Part shown: positions 9,561 through 15,441 of the stretch, in pieces
How the letters are laid out: every line of letters begins with the position of its first letter
Numbering within the stretch: position 1 is the stretch's first letter
Virus record (IMG/VR): IMGVR_UViG_3300027852_000016
Location: 1-43,570 of that record
DNA length: 43,570 nucleotides
Strand: one strand, 5' to 3'
Source: a virus
The notes under the pieces: model-generated
The model's input: the letters and a program-made list of their open reading frames with translations, nothing else
Told to the model about the DNA's origin: nothing
Database searches by the model: none
Program-made: the position numbers and the translations under genes

Positions 9561-9838
9561 ATTAGCCCATACCTAGGTAAGGGTTAGGGTGAGAACGTCC
9601 AACCTCGTGGCTCTATGCGATCTTATATAATGGTATGATATTACTTTATCTAGTATCTTAAAGTTTCTAGGCACAAGATATGGGATAATATGAGGTTTTG
9701 TGGGGGTTGAGATGGTTTCAGGTGGGGGTGGAAGGGGTGGGAGGATTACCTTTCCGCCCAAATCCGCCCCAATCCAAATCCTAATCTCCCTTATATAATG
9801 GTATAAATCACCCTAAGTTGGCCCAATCCCTGATAAAT

Positions 9839-9889
9839 GTCTCAAATAACCGTCTCAAGTGTCTCAAAAAGTGTCTCAAAGTGTCTCAT
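9839..9889. repeat. five direct GTCTCA(A/T) iterons
   Basis: Copies start at 9839, 9852, 9861, 9873 and 9883. Spacings are 13, 9, 12 and 10 bp, about one helical turn. Confidence 0.6.
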
Positions 9890-9896
9890 TAGTATG

Positions 9897-9913
9897 GTGA
9901 CAAAAATTGTCAC
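9897..9913. repeat. perfect palindrome GTGACA-AAAAT-TGTCAC
   Basis: Read directly. It lies immediately after the iterons. Confidence 0.6.
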
Positions 9914-10194
9914 TTTGTTACAATAATTGCTCCTGTTTTATAAGTCACTGTTATCCTTACCCTAACATCCACTTTTACCACCTAATATCCCACCTTTTAC
10001 CACTTTGTGGTACAATTTACGTTACGACTTCACATTATCCACTTTCATAGTATAACACACCTTAATCAATCCTAACCTAGTATTATCAATCACTTATGAA
10101 ATAGTTTGACCTTTTCACCTAGTTTGGCACGAGTCTCGCACTACTAGATGCCAACTTGGAGATAAAACTTTAATAAAACTTTAGGGAGTCAATC

Positions 10195-10461
10195 ATGAGA
10201 ACATTTAATATACGATCGAAAGATCGTTATAGAAACGAAGGGTACATTTCGTTTCATAGTAAAACGATCAGAGTGACCACCAAAGAGTTAATTAAAATGT
10301 TTGAAGATTATGTTGCTAAAGGAAATTGCATCAACTGTATCACCAATAAGATGAGACAAGAGGTCATAGCTCAGGCAGTTTCATCTAGGGAAGATGGTCT
10401 GGCCGATGTCAGTTCAGTGAGAATCAACAATCAGCAGGCAACAGTCGTAGTTTACTCTTAA
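10195..10461 (+). CDS. first early gene, hypothetical (88 aa)
   Basis: Track ORF. Preceded by tagggagtcaatcATG. Confidence 0.7.
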   Translation: MRTFNIRSKDRYRNEGYISFHSKTIRVTTKELIKMFEDYVAKGNCINCITNKMRQEVIAQAVSSREDGLADVSSVRINNQQATVVVYS

Positions 10462-10533
10462 TCAGGTAGATAGGGCAATGACTAAGCCGATTAGGTTGAA
10501 TTATTGCCCTTAACTATAAAACAGGGGTCAATC

Positions 10534-10839
10534 ATGGATAAAGCAAGGTTAAAGAGATTGATTGAGATTGAAACTTCAGCAAGTGACACCACCTTGAAGA
10601 GTTCAAGTGACGTTAAAGAGCACAACAACAATACTGAATTAGCTAGGCAAGACATGATTGACGCCCTAATGGCAGGGAAAGTCTTGAGTTATAACGGTTT
10701 GACTGTAATGTTTAGGGATAGCATAGAAGTCTATAAATATGATAAAGAAGGCTTCTTTGATAGGATAGCTGATTATGAGTGGTATACTGTAAATTCAGGA
10801 ATACTCTTAAGATTTATGGTAACTTTGAATAGAATTTAA
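10534..10839 (+). CDS. early protein, tandem paralog A (101 aa from ATG 10534)
   Basis: MDKARLKRLIEIETSASD... is highly similar to the product of 10933-11235. ATG preceded by ggggtcaatc. Confidence 0.7.
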   Translation: MDKARLKRLIEIETSASDTTLKSSSDVKEHNNNTELARQDMIDALMAGKVLSYNGLTVMFRDSIEVYKYDKEGFFDRIADYEWYTVNSGILLRFMVTLNRI

Positions 10840-10850
10840 CCCCTTAAAAA

Positions 10851-10919
10851 GTACCTGTAGCTCAATGGCTGCCTACGTTTCCCAGCTTTTGAGTCGACCT
10901 TGAGCGCAGGTATATTTTT
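10851..10919 (+). terminator. long interrupted hairpin plus T-run between the tandem paralogs (terminator or attenuator candidate)
   Basis: Stem 1 pairs 10852-10857 with 10907-10912. Stem 2 pairs 10860-10865 with 10900-10905. Followed by tatattttt. Confidence 0.5.
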
Positions 10920-10932
10920 AAATGAGTCAATC

Positions 10933-11235
10933 ATGGATAAAGCAAGGTTAAAGAGATTGATTGAGGTTGAAACTTCAGCGAGTGACACCATCTTAAATGG
11001 TTTAAGTGACGTTGAAGAACACAATAACAATACCGAATTAGCCAGGCAAGATATAATCGATACCCTTAAAGCATGGAAAACCTTGAACTATGACGGTTTG
11101 ACTGTAATGTTTAGGGATAATATAGAGATTTACAAGTATGATAAGGATGGTTTTTTTGATAGGATCGCTAATTATGAATGGGATACTATGAGCTCAGGCA
11201 ACCTCTTAAGGATGGTCTCTTTAAGCCAGAAGTAA
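10933..11235 (+). CDS. early protein, tandem paralog B (100 aa)
   Basis: MDKARLKRLIEVETSASD... Same length class and same upstream gagtcaatcATG as paralog A. Confidence 0.7.
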   Translation: MDKARLKRLIEVETSASDTILNGLSDVEEHNNNTELARQDIIDTLKAWKTLNYDGLTVMFRDNIEIYKYDKDGFFDRIANYEWDTMSSGNLLRMVSLSQK

Positions 11236-11249
11236 ACAGGGAGTTAATC

Positions 11250-11534
11250 ATGGATAAAAAACAATTCATAGAAGAACATGGTGAACTAGGAAGGGAACTA
11301 TTAGATACCCTTAACGACAACCTAGAAGATGCTATAAAAACCATGGAAGAAAACTATTTAGGGTGTTATAAGTCAGTGGCCGATTACGCAGAGCAATATG
11401 TTGACAGCTACGGTGCAGACATCCCAGACTTTTTAAATCCATATATTGATTTTGATGGTTTAGGATGGGATATGATGGATGATTGTATCGTTATTGAACT
11501 TATTAAAGGAGAAGTTTATATATTTGACCTTTAG
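11250..11534 (+). CDS. ArdA C-terminal-domain-like protein (94 aa), anti-restriction candidate
   Basis: FIEEHGELGRELL...EENYLGCYKSVADYAEQYVDSYGADIPDFLNPYIDFDGLGWDM...GEVYIF matches by eye the C-terminal third of ArdA. Tn916 ArdA reads ...MYDVARYYIEETGALGEVPASLQNYIDYQAYGRDL...GIFEI. Acidic. Early position. Confidence 0.5.
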   Translation: MDKKQFIEEHGELGRELLDTLNDNLEDAIKTMEENYLGCYKSVADYAEQYVDSYGADIPDFLNPYIDFDGLGWDMMDDCIVIELIKGEVYIFDL

Positions 11535-11621
11535 GAGTTAATCATGATAACACCAGTATGCATTTTGGCGCTAGCTTATATAATGTTAAGAGACTTAATG
11601 AGATCATAAGGAGATCATAAA

Positions 11622-11765
11622 ATGGATTACAAAGACCAAGGAATAAAAAACTTAAGACATGTTATTAAGCTAAAGAATGAAGAAATAGAAAGACTATTGA
11701 TAAAGGTTAAAGAATGGAAAGGTTATGCAACATACCTTACCGGCACAATAGACTATGAAAGGTAA
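11622..11765 (+). CDS. small hypothetical protein (47 aa), below the track cutoff
   Basis: ATG preceded by AAGGAG. Fills an otherwise empty gap. Coiled-coil-like sequence. Confidence 0.4.
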   Translation: MDYKDQGIKNLRHVIKLKNEEIERLLIKVKEWKGYATYLTGTIDYER

Positions 11766-11777
11766 TAGGAGCTTATC

Positions 11778-11981
11778 ATGGACATGAAAGAAGCGACAAT
11801 TAAAGCACTTATAAAGAAAAACATAGCCTTTGACGATGACGGATTAATAGGCTTTTGCACAAAGGAAGGGTTTGAGATCTATAGAGACATGGGCAATGGT
11901 AACTGTTTTAGAGAACTTAAGGCCGAATGGGGTGAACTTAGTCTAGACAGTGTCCTTGCTATCTATAATATCAATGGATGA
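11778..11981 (+). CDS. hypothetical early protein (67 aa)
   Basis: Track ORF. taggagcttatcATG. Confidence 0.65.
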   Translation: MDMKEATIKALIKKNIAFDDDGLIGFCTKEGFEIYRDMGNGNCFRELKAEWGELSLDSVLAIYNING

Positions 11982-11996
11982 TAGGAGAAAGAATCG

Positions 11997-12206
11997 ATGA
12001 AAGACAACCAAACAATTAAAGCATCAAAAGCTCAAGTCTGCAGAATGGTTGTTGACTTTATAGCCGACGAATCAAACAGGCAGAAATGCTTTGGCCTTAT
12101 TAGTGAAGCATTTGCTTATAGCCTAAAACAACAAGGACACGATAAGGTTAGAAGCGCACATATCATTGTTAACAATGACTTAAGCGCAAAGGCCATACTG
12201 GTATAA
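11997..12206 (+). CDS. hypothetical early protein (69 aa)
   Basis: Track ORF. AGGAG upstream. Confidence 0.65.
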   Translation: MKDNQTIKASKAQVCRMVVDFIADESNRQKCFGLISEAFAYSLKQQGHDKVRSAHIIVNNDLSAKAILV

Positions 12207-12219
12207 TAGGGAGAATGTC

Positions 12220-12426
12220 ATGTCAGAATTCAAGAACGGGCTTGTTAAGGCTTTAGTTAAAAGAGAATTTGACTTACTGGATTGCGGAGCATCAATGATA
12301 TTGTACCGATATACAGAAGACAGTTTGAAAATAGCAATGGTTATGCCTGATACAGATAGAAAGTTTATCACGCAGCCATGGGACACCGTAGACACAACAA
12401 CCTTAATCAATCTTAAGTCTTTATAG
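12220..12426 (+). CDS. hypothetical early protein (68 aa)
   Basis: Track ORF. tagggagaatgtcATG. Confidence 0.65.
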   Translation: MSEFKNGLVKALVKREFDLLDCGASMILYRYTEDSLKIAMVMPDTDRKFITQPWDTVDTTTLINLKSL

Positions 12427-12441
12427 GAAAAGGAGCTAGTC

Positions 12442-12648
12442 ATGGCAAAAGATACCCAATTTGATGAAATGCTTGAATTAGCAAGAGCTTCAATAGCTAG
12501 ACTAAGGATAGCTAATGAAGTAAGAAGAGACAGACAGGCGTCAGTAGATGCCCAAAAGAACTTAGGTAAAATTTTATTGGAGTTAACTAAAACAAGGCTG
12601 AAATTAACAAGGGCCATAGTTAAGGTAAAAAGGGGAATCAATGGTTAA
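12442..12648 (+). CDS. hypothetical early protein (68 aa), basic coiled-coil-like
   Basis: Track ORF. aaggagctagtcATG. Confidence 0.65.
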   Translation: MAKDTQFDEMLELARASIARLRIANEVRRDRQASVDAQKNLGKILLELTKTRLKLTRAIVKVKRGING

Positions 12649-12814
12649 AAATAAAGTAAGAAAGAATAGAGTATTTTTGGCAGCAACAATATTAATCCTA
12701 TCGATACTATTATTTATATTTGGCTTATTGCTTAATGAATGCATGACATCAAAGACATATTATAAAGTCATATGGAAGATACCTTATAAGATATGTGTTA
12801 TGGAGAAAAGATAA
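12641..12814 (+). CDS. small membrane protein (57 aa), below the track cutoff
   Basis: ATG 12641 overlaps the previous stop. Product reads MVKNKVRKNRVFLAATILILSILLFIFGLLLNE... Its stop TAA 12812-12814 overlaps the next ATG. Confidence 0.45.
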   Translation: MVKNKVRKNRVFLAATILILSILLFIFGLLLNECMTSKTYYKVIWKIPYKICVMEKR

Positions 12815-13029
12815 TGCCAGATGAAAGACTCATAACAAAGACAGAATGTGAAAAGATCTTTACCTTTAATAGTGGAAAGTTAGAGTGGAAGAATAAAGGA
12901 AGATATAATATAGGTTTGGATGACATTGAAGTTTTTGCCATCAATGGTACTGAATATAGAAAACGGCATATACAGTCAGCGTTTCACCTTGACCGCTTCC
13001 CTGTATGGCCTGTAAGGAGAATATCATGA
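12814..13029 (+). CDS. stand-alone HNH-N-terminal-domain-like protein, paralog 1 (71 aa from ATG 12814)
   Basis: L.T..ECEKIFTF...L.W ... I.G..Y....I resembles the N-terminal 70 aa of the HNH genes at 20440 and 23616. It lacks the HNH core. Confidence 0.6.
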   Translation: MPDERLITKTECEKIFTFNSGKLEWKNKGRYNIGLDDIEVFAINGTEYRKRHIQSAFHLDRFPVWPVRRIS

Positions 13030-13241
13030 AAAAACATTTGACCGCAGAAAGATGTAGAAGGCTTTTTATGTATGATAAACATGAGATGGAACTTTATTGG
13101 AAGATGAATACAGCAAACAGAGACACATCAATCAACTTGATGAAGGTAGACAAGATTAAGGTATTAGGAAGGATGTATGACGTTCTAGATATAGTTAGAT
13201 CGTACCATTATAATAACTTTCCAGTAATGACTTGCGGGTAA
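13026..13241 (+). CDS. stand-alone HNH-N-terminal-domain-like protein, paralog 2 (71 aa)
   Basis: HLTAERCRRLFMYDKHEMELYW... AAGGAG upstream. ATGA overlap with paralog 1. Confidence 0.6.
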   Translation: MKKHLTAERCRRLFMYDKHEMELYWKMNTANRDTSINLMKVDKIKVLGRMYDVLDIVRSYHYNNFPVMTCG

Positions 13242-13255
13242 AGAGAGGTAACCTT

Positions 13256-13459
13256 ATGGAAGGATTAACCAGTGAAAGGCTTAAGGAATTGTTGACATAT
13301 AATAAATACACTAAATCTTTTACATGGAATGTAAGCCAAGGCAATAGGAGCGTAGGCAGCACCGCGGGGAACTATCGGCTAGATAGAGGATACCGAAGGA
13401 TAGCGATTGACAAGAAGCTTTATTATGTCAAAGACTTAATCAAACTTTACCTTAGTTAA
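13256..13459 (+). CDS. stand-alone HNH-N-terminal-domain-like protein, paralog 3 (67 aa)
   Basis: GLTSERLKELLTYNKYTKSFTWNV...GYRRIAIDKKLYYVKDLI is the closest match to LTQKRLKELLRYDPETGEFY...GYWHIRIDRKKYNRSRLA of the intact HNH gene. Confidence 0.65.
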   Translation: MEGLTSERLKELLTYNKYTKSFTWNVSQGNRSVGSTAGNYRLDRGYRRIAIDKKLYYVKDLIKLYLS

Positions 13460-13469
13460 GGAGTCAAAC

Positions 13470-13754
13470 ATGCTTGCTAACCATGAAGACCTTTTAAGGG
13501 AAATGGTTGAGGAAAAAGAATACAGAAAGGCAAAGATAAAGATAGACCAAGAAGATATGATTAAGGTACTGATTTATGAAGGTTGCTTCACAGTAAATAA
13601 TGGCCATTACTTTGCACATAGATCTGGTCTTGATATAGCCGTAGACGTGCAAATGCCTGGGGGATATACTGAGTATTCTAATTGTTTTAGCACATGGGAA
13701 CAAGTAGGTATTGAACAAATAGATTATCTTTATAAAAAGGTTATAGGTGACTAA
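13470..13754 (+). CDS. hypothetical early protein (94 aa)
   Basis: Track ORF. taaggagtcaaacATG. Confidence 0.65.
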   Translation: MLANHEDLLREMVEEKEYRKAKIKIDQEDMIKVLIYEGCFTVNNGHYFAHRSGLDIAVDVQMPGGYTEYSNCFSTWEQVGIEQIDYLYKKVIGD

Positions 13755-14101
13755 TGGAAAATCTAATGAAAGGGATAGATCATCTAACAAGAAAAGAGTG
13801 TCTTAAATTATTCACTTATGAAAGAAAATTAAGGTGGTCTAATGGCCTAGACGTAGGAGACACACAGATATTTACTATTAATGGCGCCGACTACAATGTA
13901 CGAGCTATTAAGCAGGCCTTTTATTATGACTCTTTTCCAGTATGGTCTAATGAAAGATATGAAAGAGGTACAGCTAAATCATATAGGTGCTCCGAATGTG
14001 GTAATATTGGGTATTTGGAAGACTATCGAAAAGTTACTGATATATTACCGAGGGCATGTTGCCTTAAACTTTTAGAGGAAATAGAAGATGGAAACAAATA
14101 G
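13754..14101 (+). CDS. HNH-N-terminal-domain-like protein, paralog 4, with a Cys-containing C-terminal extension (115 aa)
   Basis: HLTRKECLKLFTYERKLRW...INGADYNVRAIKQAFYYDSFPVW parallels paralog 1. The tail carries CSECG...CC. Confidence 0.6.
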   Translation: MENLMKGIDHLTRKECLKLFTYERKLRWSNGLDVGDTQIFTINGADYNVRAIKQAFYYDSFPVWSNERYERGTAKSYRCSECGNIGYLEDYRKVTDILPRACCLKLLEEIEDGNK

Positions 14102-14253
14102 ATACGATGAAGTTTTGAAACAATTAGACAAACCAGTTAAACAAATAATCAGTAATAGGTATAACGAAATATTAACTAAAATACCTAAGAGGATATAATA
14201 ATAATAACAGTTCAGATGTCTTAAATTAAATTATATACGGTAACAAGGTTGCA

Positions 14254-14487
14254 ATGGACACTAGACAAGAATTAAGAGATAAGGAAAAGAATAAACTTAT
14301 AAAAAAAAGAAACATAGGGATTAAGCATAACTCGTATAACGAGTTTTACCTATGCACCAGTAGCGGTTTATCAAGATTTATAGACATTGAGCCTGAAAGT
14401 GATAGGGAAATAACGCTTGACTTCCATAAGGAATGGGATAGTGTACCTTTTGGCTTCATGGTGTATCTTAATAATGTAGAGGGTTGA
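14254..14487 (+). CDS. hypothetical early protein (77 aa), VPFGFMVYLN family
   Basis: Track ORF. Its C-terminal block is shared with 14929-15198. Confidence 0.65.
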   Translation: MDTRQELRDKEKNKLIKKRNIGIKHNSYNEFYLCTSSGLSRFIDIEPESDREITLDFHKEWDSVPFGFMVYLNNVEG

Positions 14488-14488
14488 T

Positions 14489-14917
14489 ATGGATAAATTA
14501 AAACTAAACGAGTTGCTAAGCCTTCCTGGTGGCGGAAAGGTTAGGAAAGTTTACGGTGGATTTGTTTATATTGAAGAAACAGGAGCTGTTTTCGTACCGC
14601 ATAAGAAGACAAGGGCAAAGAAAGCGACACTCGAATATAGTAAAGAATTAAGGCAGGCCATGGAGCTTATTTGGAAGGCATACCCATCCGGCAAAAGAGT
14701 ATCTAAACCTATGGTGTTAAAGTCTTTATCAGCTCTTAGTCTGAATAAAAAAATGTTAAATGAAATACTGACAGATATAGGAGAAAGGAAACAAGACAAT
14801 AGCTGGCTTGATGATAATGGAAAATACATCCCAATGTTAACTACGTACATTAACAATAGAAGATGGGAAGATGCGGTGGGAGCTTTTAACTCTAAACCAG
14901 ATAAATGGGATACTTAA
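14489..14917 (+). CDS. hypothetical protein (142 aa); weak replication-organiser-like C-terminal motif
   Basis: The C-terminal ...KYIPMLTTYINNRRWED recalls the YIP...TWLN..RWED motif I associate with phage replication-initiation or DnaD-like proteins. It lies upstream of the helicase. Memory-based and weak. Confidence 0.3.
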   Translation: MDKLKLNELLSLPGGGKVRKVYGGFVYIEETGAVFVPHKKTRAKKATLEYSKELRQAMELIWKAYPSGKRVSKPMVLKSLSALSLNKKMLNEILTDIGERKQDNSWLDDNGKYIPMLTTYINNRRWEDAVGAFNSKPDKWDT

Positions 14918-14928
14918 AAGGAGCTAAT

Positions 14929-15198
14929 ATGAACGGAGAAATTGGAAGAGCTACTGTAAAAGGCACTGTATCTAAAGAGCTGATGTGTAAAGATAGCGTT
15001 ATCATACCGCATAATATATGCACTGAAAAATATACATTCAGCGAAAGAGGTTTACATAGATATGTTGATGAAGACAGGTTCAATATTAGAACGGGCGAAA
15101 TGTATAGTCCTATGACAGTTGATTTCGAGTATCAAGGTTTCACTGCCTGGCATAATGTACCTCTTGGGTTTATGGTTTGGTTGAATGAGATAGCTTAG
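14929..15198 (+). CDS. hypothetical early protein (89 aa from ATG 14929), VPLGFMVWLN family
   Basis: AAGGAG at 14918-14923 precedes ATG 14929. The track start 14905 lies inside the previous gene. Confidence 0.6.
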   Translation: MNGEIGRATVKGTVSKELMCKDSVIIPHNICTEKYTFSERGLHRYVDEDRFNIRTGEMYSPMTVDFEYQGFTAWHNVPLGFMVWLNEIA

Positions 15199-15207
15199 GA
15201 GTAAGTA

Positions 15208-15438
15208 ATGATGTTATATAGGACAGAATATATACTTAAGCATATTAAAGGGAAATGGTTTCATATAAACAGCACAACCATATGTTATGTTGAAGACCAT
15301 CTATTGAGATTCAAAATTGAAGGAACTAAAGACGATGGGTCAAAGCATTTTATCAACTTGACGGAAAGCCCTTATTCAGTAACCGAAAAGATGGCTGATT
15401 TTTTATTACATGCGTTTTATAATGAGGTTAAGGAGTAA
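15208..15438 (+). CDS. hypothetical protein (76 aa)
   Basis: Track ORF. AGGAG upstream. Confidence 0.65.
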   Translation: MMLYRTEYILKHIKGKWFHINSTTICYVEDHLLRFKIEGTKDDGSKHFINLTESPYSVTEKMADFLLHAFYNEVKE

Positions 15439-15441
15439 GCG

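Larger units (their letters stand above)
8954..10194 (+). promoter_or_regulatory. ORF-free, repeat-dense control region (candidate early promoters, operators, replication origin)
   Basis: No credible ORF. It contains at least six distinct repeat families (listed separately). It lies between the late terminator and the first early gene. Confidence 0.6.

Noticed and set aside
9573-9761. 62-aa minus-strand ORF (MGGKVILPPLPPPPE...) inside the control region
   Set aside because: It is a product of the G-rich/C-rich tract, is low-complexity, has no RBS, and is surrounded by DNA repeats.
10851-10913. tRNA-like string tgtagctcaatgg (D-arm look-alike) between the tandem paralogs
   Set aside because: The 61-63-nt segment folds as one long interrupted hairpin. 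There is no T-arm (GTTCRA), no anticodon arm and no 7-bp acceptor stem. I found no GTTCGA/GTTCAA-type T-loops in any intergenic region, so I call no tRNAs.
11544-11609. 21-aa hydrophobic mini-ORF (MITPVCILALAYIMLRDLMRS) with the conserved GGAGTTAATCATG cassette
   Set aside because: It is too short to support as a gene from sequence alone. It is noted only as another instance of the conserved initiation cassette.
14088-14198. 36-aa ORF (METNRYDEVLKQLDKPVKQIISNRYNEILTKIPKRI) overlapping the end of 13754..14101
   Set aside because: It is plausible as a gap-filler, but it has no clear RBS and is very short, so there is insufficient support.
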